From positions 39,637-103,636 of the forward strand of contig CACZLE010000003.1 in the NCBI GenBank assembly GCA_902781945.1: DNA of 64,000 bases. Reading direction: 5' to 3'. Below the pieces are notes generated by a model. That model saw nothing but the letters and a program-made list of their open reading frames with translations. It had not been told where the DNA came from and searched no databases. This DNA comes from an uncultured Eubacteriales bacterium. Lineage in GTDB: Bacteria > Bacillota > Clostridia > Christensenellales > Aristaeellaceae. The position numbers were made by a program, and so were the translations under genes. Below are positions 30,838 to 39,642 of the stretch, in pieces. Position 1 is the first letter of the stretch; each line of letters begins with the position of its first letter.

Positions 30838-32321
30838 TGATCCAGGGCACGGCCTCGTCCGTGGGCAAAAGCATACTGTGCGCGGCCTTCCTGCGGATAC
30901 TCAAGCAGGACGGCTACCGCGCGGCCCCCTTCAAGGCCCAGAATATGGCCCTCAATTCCTTTGTGACCCGGGATGGCCGGGAGATGGGCCGGGCCCAGGT
31001 GACCCAGGCCCAGGCGGCGGGGGTGGAGCCCGACGTGCGCATGAACCCCGTGCTCCTGAAGCCCACCGGAGACCGCCGCTCCCAGGTCATTGTGGAGGGC
31101 CGGGCCGTGGGCAACATGACCGCCATGGAGTATCACCGCTACAAGCCCGAGCTGCGCCAGAAGATCCGGGAGATCTACGACGCGCTGGAAAACGATTACG
31201 ATTACGTGGTCATCGAGGGCGCGGGCAGCCCGGCGGAAATCAATCTGCGGGAGGGCGACATCGTCAATATGTCCATGGCAAAAGCCGCGGACGCCCCCGT
31301 GATCCTGGTGGGGGATATCAACCTGGGCGGCGTGTTCGCGTCGCTCCTGGGCACGGTGATGCTGCTGACCGAGGAGGAACGAAAGCGCGTCAAGGGCGTG
31401 ATCATCAACAAATTCCGGGGAGACGTGCGCATATTGGAGCCGGGCCTTCGCATGCTGGAGGAGCGCATCCACATTCCCGTGCTGGGCGTGGTGCCCTGGA
31501 TGGACGTGGAGATCGAGGACGAGGACAGCGTCACCGAGCGCTTCCACCGGGCGGCGGGCCAGGGCGATCTGGATATCGCCGTGGTGCGCCTGCGGCATAT
31601 CTCCAATTTTACCGATTTTCAAGCCCTCACATTGCAGCCCGGCGTGCGGGTGCGCTATGCCGAGCGGCCCGGCGAATTGGAGTCCGCCGATATCATCCTG
31701 CTGCCCGGCACCAAGAACACCATCGAGGATCTGATGGACCTGCGCAACCGCGGCCTGGACGCGCCCATCATCCGCCATGCCCGCCGGGGCGGGATGGTCA
31801 TGGGCATCTGCGGCGGCTATCAGATGCTGGGCCAGGTGCTGCGGGACCCGGAGCATGTGGAATCCAACGTGCCCGAGGCCGCCGGGCTGGGATTGCTTGA
31901 CATGGAGGTGACGTTCGCCTCCGAAAAATACACCGCCCAGTCCGTGGGCACCGTCGAGAGCGACGTGGACTGGCTTACGGACCTGCGGGGGATGAACGTG
32001 GACGGCTATGAGATCCACGCCGGGCACAACGCCTTCGGTCCGGAGTGCCATCCCTGGCTCACCGTGCGGGGCCAGGTGGACGGGGTGAGCAACCCGGAGG
32101 GAAACGTGCTGGGCAGCTACCTGCACGGCCTGTTTGACGACGGCCAGTTCTTTGCCGCCCTGGCGGCCCACGCGCGGCGCATGAAGGGGATAACGGGCGA
32201 AGTCCAAAAAGCGCTGACCATGGAGGAATTCCGGGAGCGTGAGTTTGACCGCCTGGCCGAGACCGTGCGGGCCAGCGTGGACATGGAGGCCATATACCGC
32301 ATCCTGCGGGGGGAATGCTGA
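30819..32321 (+). CDS. cbiP: cobyric acid synthase
   Basis: Starts MRGKTLMIQGTASSVGKS, with GAGSPAEINL and a C-terminal GATase (ICGGYQMLG). GGAGGA upstream of the ATG at 30819. Confidence 0.9.
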   Translation: MRGKTLMIQGTASSVGKSILCAAFLRILKQDGYRAAPFKAQNMALNSFVTRDGREMGRAQVTQAQAAGVEPDVRMNPVLLKPTGDRRSQVIVEGRAVGNMTAMEYHRYKPELRQKIREIYDALENDYDYVVIEGAGSPAEINLREGDIVNMSMAKAADAPVILVGDINLGGVFASLLGTVMLLTEEERKRVKGVIINKFRGDVRILEPGLRMLEERIHIPVLGVVPWMDVEIEDEDSVTERFHRAAGQGDLDIAVVRLRHISNFTDFQALTLQPGVRVRYAERPGELESADIILLPGTKNTIEDLMDLRNRGLDAPIIRHARRGGMVMGICGGYQMLGQVLRDPEHVESNVPEAAGLGLLDMEVTFASEKYTAQSVGTVESDVDWLTDLRGMNVDGYEIHAGHNAFGPECHPWLTVRGQVDGVSNPEGNVLGSYLHGLFDDGQFFAALAAHARRMKGITGEVQKALTMEEFREREFDRLAETVRASVDMEAIYRILRGEC

Positions 32322-33265
32322 TGAAGGAATATATGCTGGCCCTGGGGGCCGGGTTTGTGCTGGATCTGCTGCTGGGGGACCCGGAATGGCTGTATCATCC
32401 GGTGCGGATCATCGGCAAATATATCTCCTGGATGGAGAAAAGGCTGCGCCAAAGGGGCGGAAACCTGCGGAAAAGCGCCGTTTTTCTCACAGCCTCCACG
32501 GTGGCTGCCACCATGGCGGCGGCGGGGCTGATCCTGTATCTTTTGTCGCTGCTGGGCCGCTGGCCCTGCTTGATCGGCATGGCCCTGCTGGATTGGATGG
32601 GCCTGGCCATGACCTCCATGGCGAAAGAGGCCCGGGGCGTGCAAACTGCCCTGAAGCGCGGCATTGAGACGGGACGCAGGCAGGTGGCCCGCATCGTGGG
32701 CCGGGATACGGCCAGCCTGACCGCCGAAGAAGTGGTGAAGGCCGCCGTGGAGACCGTGGCGGAGAACACCACCGACGGCGTCATCTCGCCCATGGTCTAC
32801 GCCTTTATCGGAGGACCGGTGCTGCTGTGGGGCTTCAAGGCCGCCAGCACCCTGGATTCCATGGTGGGCTATCTGGATGAAAAATACCGGGATATCGGCT
32901 GGAGCAGCGCGCGGCTGGACGACGTGCTGAACTTTGTTCCTGCCCGGCTCACGGCGGGACTTATGATCCTGGCGGCGTATTTCCTGCACCTGGACGGCAA
33001 AAACGCCGCCCGCGTCGTACGCCGGGACCACGCCAACCACAAAAGCCCCAACTGCGCCTGGAGCGAGGCCGCCGCCGCCGGGGCCCTGCATATTCAATTG
33101 GGCGGCACCCACGATTACTTTGGCAAGCCGGTGTACAAGCCCACCATCGGGGACGATGACCGCCCGGCGGAATCTGCCGATATCGGCAAAACCGTGGGGC
33201 TGCTGTTTGGAGCCGCGGGAGCGATGCTGCTCCTTTTGACCGTCATTACATTGTTATTAGGGTAA
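32315..33265 (+). CDS. cbiB: adenosylcobinamide-phosphate synthase
   Basis: 316-aa membrane protein with LLLGDPEWLYHPVRIIG, the CbiB/CobD signature. Confidence 0.9.
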   Translation: MLMKEYMLALGAGFVLDLLLGDPEWLYHPVRIIGKYISWMEKRLRQRGGNLRKSAVFLTASTVAATMAAAGLILYLLSLLGRWPCLIGMALLDWMGLAMTSMAKEARGVQTALKRGIETGRRQVARIVGRDTASLTAEEVVKAAVETVAENTTDGVISPMVYAFIGGPVLLWGFKAASTLDSMVGYLDEKYRDIGWSSARLDDVLNFVPARLTAGLMILAAYFLHLDGKNAARVVRRDHANHKSPNCAWSEAAAAGALHIQLGGTHDYFGKPVYKPTIGDDDRPAESADIGKTVGLLFGAAGAMLLLLTVITLLLG

Positions 33266-33270
33266 ATTGC

Positions 33271-34299
33271 ATGCAAAAACTTGATGAATCCGCCCGCCAG
33301 GCGGCCCTGCGCCGCTGGGACGCCGTGGCCAAGCCCCTGCGTTCCCTGGGGGCCTTTGAACCCATGATCGCCCAGATCGCCGCCATCCAGGGCACGGCGG
33401 ACGTGCGCTTGTCGCCCCGGTGCGCCCTGGTATTCTGCGGCGATCACGGGGTGGTGGCCCAGGGCGTCAGCCAGAGCGGCAGCGACGTGACGGCCAAGGT
33501 GGCCCGGGCGGTGGCTGGCGGCGAATCCAACATCAACCTGATGGCCGCCGCGGCCCATGCCGACGTGTTCGCCGTGGATATGGGCATGGCGGAGACCGTC
33601 CCCGGCGTCATCGACTGCCGCCTGGGCGCGGGCACGGCGGATATGACCCAGGGCCCCGCCATGACCCGGCAGCAAGCGGAACAGGGCCTGCGGGCGGGCC
33701 GCGACCTGGTGGGGCAGATGAAGCAGAAGGGCTACCGCCTGATGGCCGTGGGGGAAATGGGCATCGGCAACACCACCGCCGCCGCGGCGCTGGCCTGCGC
33801 ATTGCTGGGGGGCGACGTGGAAAAATGGACGGGCCGGGGCGCGGGCTTATCCGATGCGGGCCTGCGGCGCAAACGACAGGCCGTGCGGCAGGCCTTGACG
33901 GTCAATCAGCCCACCGACGCCCTGGACGCCCTGGCAAAGCTGGGGGGCTTTGAGATCGCGGGCATGGCCGGGGCCTTCCTGGGCGGCGCGGAGCACGGCG
34001 TGCCCATGGTCGTCGACGGGGTGATCTCCGCCGTGGCCGCCCTGATCGCCCAGCGCATCCAGCCCGGCGCGCGGCAATTCCTGCTGCCCTCCCATGCCAG
34101 CCGGGAGCCCGCCGCCATGGCGATCATGGAGGCCCTGGAGCTCCGTCCCGTCATCGAGGCCGGCCTGGCCCTGGGGGAGGGGACGGGGGCTGTGATGCTC
34201 TTTCCGCTGCTGGATATGGCCTATCGGGTCTATGCGGGTTCCCACACGTTTGACAGTTTGCAAATGGAAGCCTACAAGCCACAGGAGGGCGCAAAATGA
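33271..34299 (+). CDS. cobT: nicotinate-nucleotide--dimethylbenzimidazole phosphoribosyltransferase
   Basis: 342 aa with KPLRSLGAFE, GEMGIGNTT and the DGVISAVAAL motifs of CobT. Confidence 0.9.
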   Translation: MQKLDESARQAALRRWDAVAKPLRSLGAFEPMIAQIAAIQGTADVRLSPRCALVFCGDHGVVAQGVSQSGSDVTAKVARAVAGGESNINLMAAAAHADVFAVDMGMAETVPGVIDCRLGAGTADMTQGPAMTRQQAEQGLRAGRDLVGQMKQKGYRLMAVGEMGIGNTTAAAALACALLGGDVEKWTGRGAGLSDAGLRRKRQAVRQALTVNQPTDALDALAKLGGFEIAGMAGAFLGGAEHGVPMVVDGVISAVAALIAQRIQPGARQFLLPSHASREPAAMAIMEALELRPVIEAGLALGEGTGAVMLFPLLDMAYRVYAGSHTFDSLQMEAYKPQEGAK

Positions 34300-34799
34300 T
34301 CCTGCTGGTCATCGGCGGCAGCGGCAGCGGCAAGTCCGCCTTCGCGGAGGCCCGCACCGCCGCTTTCCCCGCCGAAAAAAAGTATTATGTGGCCACCATG
34401 CAGGCGGGAGACGCCGAATCCCGCCGTCGGGTGGCGCGCCATCGGGCCCAGCGGGCGGGCCTGGGGTTTGATACCGTGGAATGCCCGCGGAACCTGGGCA
34501 GCTTTGCGCCCGAGCCCGGCGCTGCCGTACTGCTGGAGGATCTGCCCAATCTGCTGGCCAACGAGATGTTTGGCGGCGGCGATCCGGACCGCATCCTGCC
34601 GGATATTTTATCCCTGGGGGAGAAATGCGCCCTGCTCACCGTCGTGACCGGCGACGTGTTTGCCGACGGCGTTTTCTACGGCGGGGAGACGGAGGAATAT
34701 ATCCGCCGCCTGGCCCTGCTGGGGCGGGAGATCGCGGCGAGGGCGGACACCGTGGCGGAGGTCGTCGCCTCCCTGCCCTGCTATTTGAAAGGAAACTGA
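34296..34799 (+). CDS. cobU: adenosylcobinamide kinase / adenosylcobinamide-phosphate guanylyltransferase (CobU/CobP family, divergent C-terminus)
   Basis: MILLVIGGSGSGKSAFAE P-loop and ARHRAQR histidine region. The usual NEVGxGIVP segment is replaced by GDVFADGVFY. Confidence 0.8.
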   Translation: MILLVIGGSGSGKSAFAEARTAAFPAEKKYYVATMQAGDAESRRRVARHRAQRAGLGFDTVECPRNLGSFAPEPGAAVLLEDLPNLLANEMFGGGDPDRILPDILSLGEKCALLTVVTGDVFADGVFYGGETEEYIRRLALLGREIAARADTVAEVVASLPCYLKGN

Positions 34800-34800
34800 T

Positions 34801-35559
34801 ATGCGCGTTTTCAGCTCTCTGGTCATCGCCTTTTCCACCTATTCCCGGCTGCCCATGCCCCGGGTGGACTGGACCGACGCCAACCGCCGCTACGCCCTGT
34901 GCTTTTTCCCGCTGATCGGCCTGGCGGTGGGGGGCATCCTGGCCCTGTGGCTGTGGGTCTGCGATCTGCTGGCCCTGAACGCCTTTTTGCGCGGGGCTAT
35001 CGGCGCGGCGATCCCGCTGCTGGTCACCGGCGGCATCCACATGGACGGCCTCATGGATACCAGCGACGCCCTGGCCAGCTGGCAGCCCCGGGAAAAGCGG
35101 CTGGAGATCCTCAAGGATCACCACGTGGGGGCCTTTGCGGTCCTCGTCTGCGCGGGGTATCTGCTGGTGATGGCGGGCCTGCTCAGCGAATGCGGTCTGG
35201 GGGACGCCGTCTCCCTGACGGCCTGCTTCCTGCTGTCCCGGGCGGCCAGCGCGGCCCTGTCGGTCAGCTTGAAACAGGCCCGGCCCGGCGGCATGCTGGA
35301 GGGCTTCGCTCGCACGGCGGCGGGCAGGGCGGTGCTGATCTGCGCGGCCCTGTACGGCTTTTGCGGCGTCTTTGCCGTCTGCGCCCGCAGCCCCTGGGGC
35401 CTGCTGATGCCGGCGGCGCTGGGCGCGGTGACGGTCTGGTACATCCATATGGCCCGTAAAAACTTCGGCGGCGTCACCGGCGATCTGGCGGGCTGGTTTT
35501 TGCAGATGGCGGAATTATGCATGATCGCCGCCGTGGTATTGGGGGGAAAGCTGCTGTGA
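34801..35559 (+). CDS. cobS: adenosylcobinamide-GDP ribazoletransferase (cobalamin synthase)
   Basis: 252-aa polytopic membrane protein with FSTYSRLPMP, GGIHMDGLMDTSDA and GGVTGD motifs. Confidence 0.9.
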   Translation: MRVFSSLVIAFSTYSRLPMPRVDWTDANRRYALCFFPLIGLAVGGILALWLWVCDLLALNAFLRGAIGAAIPLLVTGGIHMDGLMDTSDALASWQPREKRLEILKDHHVGAFAVLVCAGYLLVMAGLLSECGLGDAVSLTACFLLSRAASAALSVSLKQARPGGMLEGFARTAAGRAVLICAALYGFCGVFAVCARSPWGLLMPAALGAVTVWYIHMARKNFGGVTGDLAGWFLQMAELCMIAAVVLGGKLL

Positions 35560-35873
35560 AGCTGTATATCGGCGGGGCCTGGCAGGGCCAGGAGGAGCTG
35601 GCGCGAAGGGAATGCCCGGAGGGCGAGATCATCCCGGATTTTCATGAAATCATGCGGCGGCATACCGAGGACGCCCGGGAGTTTGCCGAGGCCTTTTATC
35701 GGGCGCATCCGCAGGCCGTGGTGACGGCCAACGAGGTGGGCGGCGGCATCGTGCCCATGGACCCGGAGGAGCGCGCCTGGCGGGAGGCCTGCGGGCGGGC
35801 GCTGTGCGTGCTGGCCGGGCATGCCGATCAGGTGACCCGGGTGGTCTGCGGCCTCGGGGTGCGGCTCAAATGA
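35556..35873 (+). CDS. CobU-like protein lacking a functional P-loop (C-terminal CobU homology only)
   Basis: GTG at 35556 overlaps the cobS TGA (GTGA), with GGGGGGAAAG upstream. 105 aa ending ANEVGGGIVPMDPEERAWREACGRALCVLAGHADQVTRVVCGLGVRLK, colinear with the CobU C-terminal third. The N-terminus reads GGAWQGQEE instead of GxxxxGKS. Confidence 0.6.
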   Translation: MKLYIGGAWQGQEELARRECPEGEIIPDFHEIMRRHTEDAREFAEAFYRAHPQAVVTANEVGGGIVPMDPEERAWREACGRALCVLAGHADQVTRVVCGLGVRLK

Positions 35874-36421
35874 GCGTGCTGCTGATCCGCCATGGCCAGA
35901 CGGCGGGCAATCTGGCCCATCGCTATATCGGCGGCCGTACCGACGAACCCCTGTGCGAAGAAGGGATCGAGGCCTTGAAAAACGGCCATTATCCGCCGGT
36001 TCGCCGGGTGTTGGTCAGTCCCATGCTGCGCTGCCGTCAGACCGCGGCCATCCTCTATCCGGAGATCGTGCCGGAGGTCGTGCCGGATTTGCGTGAATGT
36101 GATTTTGGCCGCTTCGAGGGCAAGAGCTGCGCCGAGCTGAACGGCGATCCCGCCTATCAGGCGTGGATCGACAGCGGCGGCGCGCTGCCCTTTCCGGAGG
36201 GCGAGGCCCGGGAGGACTTCATCGCCCGCTGTGTCCGGGCCTTTGAGGGCGTTTCTGATCTGTGGCGGGAGGATACCGCCCTCATCGCCCACGGCGGCAC
36301 GCTCATGGCCATTATGCAGGCCTATGCGCTGCCCCGGCGGGATTATTTTGATTATCAGGTCAAAAACGGACAAGGATTCCGGCTTTATTCGGACGGAAGC
36401 TGGGAAAATTTGTATTTTTAA
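35870..36421 (+). CDS. cobC: alpha-ribazole phosphatase (histidine phosphatase family)
   Basis: MSVLLIRHGQTAGN (RHG catalytic motif) and a later AHGGT. ATGA overlap with the preceding gene. Last gene of the cob operon. Confidence 0.85.
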   Translation: MSVLLIRHGQTAGNLAHRYIGGRTDEPLCEEGIEALKNGHYPPVRRVLVSPMLRCRQTAAILYPEIVPEVVPDLRECDFGRFEGKSCAELNGDPAYQAWIDSGGALPFPEGEAREDFIARCVRAFEGVSDLWREDTALIAHGGTLMAIMQAYALPRRDYFDYQVKNGQGFRLYSDGSWENLYF

Positions 36422-36431
36422 CGTTTGTATA

Positions 36432-36460
36432 TTGACTTTCCATGCGCACGCTCCTATAAT
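36432..36460 (+). promoter_or_regulatory. near-consensus sigmaA promoter
   Basis: TTGACT (36432-36437), 17-nt spacer, TATAAT (36455-36460). Confidence 0.65.
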
Positions 36461-36483
36461 GATGCCGAACAGAATATGAAAGA

Positions 36484-36590
36484 GTTCTTCAGGGCAGGGT
36501 GCAAGTCCCTACCGGCGGTAAAGCCCGCGAGCCGAAAGGTTGATCCGGTGAGATTCCGGGGCCGACAGTATAGTCTGGATGGAAGAAGAT
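36484..36590 (+). promoter_or_regulatory. FMN riboswitch (RFN element) aptamer
   Basis: GTTCTTCAGGGCAGGGTGCAAGTCCCTACCGGCGGTAAAGCCCGCGAGCC...GGTGAGATTCCGGGGCCGACAGTATAGTCTGGATGGAAGAAG reproduces the conserved RFN core strings. The P1 helix is TTCTTC/GAAGAA. Confidence 0.9.
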
Positions 36591-36612
36591 GCTTCTTTGC
36601 CATGGTGTTTCA

Positions 36613-36645
36613 CCTCCTGAAAAGCTCTTTTCAGGAGGTTTTTTC
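36613..36645 (+). terminator. riboswitch expression-platform terminator that also sequesters the SD
   Basis: 12-bp stem CCTCCTGAAAAG / CTTTTCAGGAGG followed by TTTTTT. The 3' arm contains AGGAGG (36633-36638), the SD for the TTG start at 36646. Confidence 0.85.
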
Positions 36646-37500
36646 TTGCGCCGGACATTGAAGCCCTACTTGTATTTGTTGCCCATGCTGGTCTTTGCCG
36701 TGGGCTTTGTCTATTATCCCTTTGCCAAAACCGTGGCCCAGAGCGTGTCCATCGTCAATTTCCGGGGCGAGATCACGGGCTTCGCGGGGCTGGAGAACTT
36801 CCGCTATCTCTTTTCCCGGCGGGAATTCTCCATCGCCATGCAAAATACGCTCAAGCTCATGTTCATCAACGTGCCCGTCACCCTGGCCCTCACCTGCCTC
36901 CTGGCCTGGTTCAGCAACAGCCGCACCTTTTTAAGTCCCGTTTATGAAACTCTGCTGGCCCTGCCCATGACGGTATCCATGCCCGTCATCACCCTGATCT
37001 TCAAGGTGCTGCTCAACCCCTCCGTGGGCTTCGTCAATTACGCGCTGAACCTGGATGTGGGCTGGTACACGGACCGGCACACCGCCATGGCGGGCATTCT
37101 GATGCTGACGGTGTGGATGGGCATTGGCTTCAATTACGTGCTGATCCTGAACGCTTTCCGGGGCATCCCCGAGGACCTGATCGGCTGCGCCCGGCTGGAT
37201 GGCGCGGGGCCCCTGCGGATGCTGTTTTCCATTCAGCTGCCGCTGATCTCGCCCACCCTGCTCTATGTGGTGTGCACCAACATGATCCAGGCTATGATGA
37301 CCAGCGGCCCGGTGATGATATTGACCCAGGGCGGGCCCAGCCGCTCCACCACCACCCTGATCTATCTCATGTACACGGCGGGCTACCGCTCGGCCAATTA
37401 CAGCCTGGCGGCCTGCGTCAGCCTGGTGGCCTTCGCCCTGACCTTCGGGTTCGCGGTGATGCTGTTCGTGCTGGAGGGAAGGCGGGTGCATTATCAATGA
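36646..37500 (+). CDS. CUT1-family ABC permease (UgpA/MalF-like)
   Basis: TTG start 7 nt after AGGAGG. 284 aa beginning (M)RRTLKPYLYLLPMLVF. EAA loop CARLDGAGPLRMLFSIQLP. The ATG at 36589 offered by the ORF track lies inside the riboswitch. Confidence 0.85.
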   Translation: MRRTLKPYLYLLPMLVFAVGFVYYPFAKTVAQSVSIVNFRGEITGFAGLENFRYLFSRREFSIAMQNTLKLMFINVPVTLALTCLLAWFSNSRTFLSPVYETLLALPMTVSMPVITLIFKVLLNPSVGFVNYALNLDVGWYTDRHTAMAGILMLTVWMGIGFNYVLILNAFRGIPEDLIGCARLDGAGPLRMLFSIQLPLISPTLLYVVCTNMIQAMMTSGPVMILTQGGPSRSTTTLIYLMYTAGYRSANYSLAACVSLVAFALTFGFAVMLFVLEGRRVHYQ

Positions 37501-38309
37501 AGAAAACCGTCAAAGGGATTTTCGGCCTGCTGATCGGCTGCCTGCTCATGTTCCCGGTGTTCTACGGCCTGATGGGGGCCTTCAAGACCCCGGCGGAGTT
37601 CATCGGATGGCCGCCCACGGTGCTGCCCCGCAGCTTTGCGAATCTCGATAATTTCCGCGCCGTGTTCACCCAGGCCCCCATGCTGCGCTATCTCCTCAAT
37701 TCCATGATCACCGCCTGCCTTACCTCCGTGGTGCGGCTGGCCATGGCTTTGCTGGCGGCCTACGCCTTCGCCTTCTTTGAATTCAAGGGACAAAAGGTGT
37801 TGTTCTTCCTTTTATTGGGCACCATGATGCTGCCGGCGGACACCCTGCTGATCACCAACTATCAGACCGTGTCCCGGCTGGGGCTACTGGATACCTATCT
37901 GGGCATCTGCGTCGTTTCCTTCGTGGGGGCCACCCAGATGTTCATGCTGCGCCAGCATTTTCTCACCTCGCCCACCGCCGTGCGGGAGGCCGCCCAGCTG
38001 GACGGCTGCGGGGATATGCGCTTCATCCTGTCCATCCTGGCCCCCATGAGCTGGCCCACGCTGGTGATCCTGTTCATGCAGAGCTTCGTGGCCCAGTGGA
38101 ACACCTATCTGTGGCCCCTGATGGTCACCAACACCACCCTCATGCGCACGGTGCAGGTGGGCATCACCATGCTGACCACCATCGAGGGCACCAATTATGA
38201 AACCATCCTGGCGGGATCCGCCGTGGCCATGGTACCGGCCATCGTGCTGTTTGTGGCCCTGCGCCGCAGCATGAACCGCGCCATCGGCGGCGGAGCCATG
38301 GTGGGCTGA
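37497..38309 (+). CDS. CUT1-family ABC permease (UgpE/MalG-like)
   Basis: ATGA overlap with the previous gene. 270 aa. EAA loop EAAQLDGCGDMRFILSILAP. Confidence 0.9.
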   Translation: MKKTVKGIFGLLIGCLLMFPVFYGLMGAFKTPAEFIGWPPTVLPRSFANLDNFRAVFTQAPMLRYLLNSMITACLTSVVRLAMALLAAYAFAFFEFKGQKVLFFLLLGTMMLPADTLLITNYQTVSRLGLLDTYLGICVVSFVGATQMFMLRQHFLTSPTAVREAAQLDGCGDMRFILSILAPMSWPTLVILFMQSFVAQWNTYLWPLMVTNTTLMRTVQVGITMLTTIEGTNYETILAGSAVAMVPAIVLFVALRRSMNRAIGGGAMVG

Positions 38310-38341
38310 ACCTGATATTCTTTTATAAGGAGGAATATATT

Positions 38342-39634
38342 ATGAAGAAACTGCTTTCCCTGCTGCTGGCTTTGGCGCTTTTCATGGGCTTGACGGCCTG
38401 CGCCCAGGCGGAAACCACCCGGATCGTCCTGTGGCACTCCATGTCCGAGGAGGCGGGGGCGCTGATGGACAAATACGTGCGGGAATTCAACGATACCGTG
38501 GGCAAGGAGCAGGGCATCCAGGTGGAGGCCGTGTTCCAGGGCACCTATGCCGAGGCCGTTACCAAGATGAACGGCATGCTGATGAACGGCCAATTGGACG
38601 CCCTGCCCGACGTGATGCAGCTGGACGCCACGGGCAAGGTCTCCTTTGCCGCGGCGGAGAACGCCTACACCGTGGACGCGGCCCTGGCTGAGCATCCCGA
38701 GGCCGATCTTTCCGGCATCCTGGCCCCGGCCCTGACCAACTGGCAGCTGTCCGGCGCGCAGCTGGGCCTGCCCTTCGCCACCTCCACCACTGTGACCTAT
38801 TACAATAAGACCGCCCTGGAGGCCGCTGGCTTTGCCGCCCCCGAGACCCTGACGGATATCGGAAAGATGGCCGCGCTGGCCGCGGACGGCGTGACCGTCT
38901 ACGCCTGCGTGCCCAACACCCCCACCCTGGCCAACTGGCTGGGCCAGCTGGGCAGCGACCTGGTGGACAACCACAACGGCACCGAGGGCACGGCCACCGC
39001 TCTGGACTGCGTTGAGAACGGCGCCCTGGCGGAGTTCCTGACCGCCTGGAAGGACCTGTACGCCACCGGCGCGCTGGCCAACGCCAACGCCTCCACAGAT
39101 GAATTCGTGGCGGGCCGCCAGCTGATCATGACCAGCTCCTCCTCCAGTATCGCCTCCCTGCTGGGCCGCATCGGCGAGGCTTTTGAGCTGGGTGTCAGCG
39201 GCTATCCCCGGGTCAATGAAAACGCCGCCGCCGGAGCCACCGTGTCCGGCAGCTGCCTGGTGATGTTTGATCACGGCGAGGCCCGCCGCGCCGCCGCCTG
39301 GGCCCTGACGGGCTATTTGACCAGCGCCGACGTGCAGGCCGATTTTGCCCGGGGCACCGGCTATCTGCCCGCCAACGCCGCCGCCGCGGAAAGCGAAGCC
39401 TGGCAGGCGCTGATCGCGGAATATCCCCAGTATCAGGTGGGCCTGGAGCAGCTGATGGCCACCCCCGACACCATGCGCAGCGTCACCGTGGGCCCCTCCG
39501 CCGATTTCTACTACGCCATCATGAACGATATATCCGACATGCTGGACAGCGATCTTTCCGTGGAGGAAACCGTGGAGATCCTGGGGGATGACCTGAACGG
39601 CATGCTGGAGCAGTATCTGCGGGCCAATCCCTGA
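38342..39634 (+). CDS. ABC substrate-binding lipoprotein, family 1 (UgpB-like)
   Basis: Lipobox LTAC in MKKLLSLLLALALFMGLTACAQ, then IVLWHSMSEEAG...VFQGTYAEA, typical of UgpB-type SBPs. AAGGAGG upstream. Confidence 0.9.
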   Translation: MKKLLSLLLALALFMGLTACAQAETTRIVLWHSMSEEAGALMDKYVREFNDTVGKEQGIQVEAVFQGTYAEAVTKMNGMLMNGQLDALPDVMQLDATGKVSFAAAENAYTVDAALAEHPEADLSGILAPALTNWQLSGAQLGLPFATSTTVTYYNKTALEAAGFAAPETLTDIGKMAALAADGVTVYACVPNTPTLANWLGQLGSDLVDNHNGTEGTATALDCVENGALAEFLTAWKDLYATGALANANASTDEFVAGRQLIMTSSSSSIASLLGRIGEAFELGVSGYPRVNENAAAGATVSGSCLVMFDHGEARRAAAWALTGYLTSADVQADFARGTGYLPANAAAAESEAWQALIAEYPQYQVGLEQLMATPDTMRSVTVGPSADFYYAIMNDISDMLDSDLSVEETVEILGDDLNGMLEQYLRANP

Positions 39635-39642
39635 GGTGGAGC

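Noticed and set aside
36589-36645. ATG at 36589 as the start of the first permease, as given in the ORF track.
   Set aside because: This start lies inside P1 of the FMN aptamer, and the extension would be translated through the terminator hairpin. The TTG at 36646 has a proper AGGAGG at 7-nt spacing and gives a typical MalF/UgpA N-terminus.
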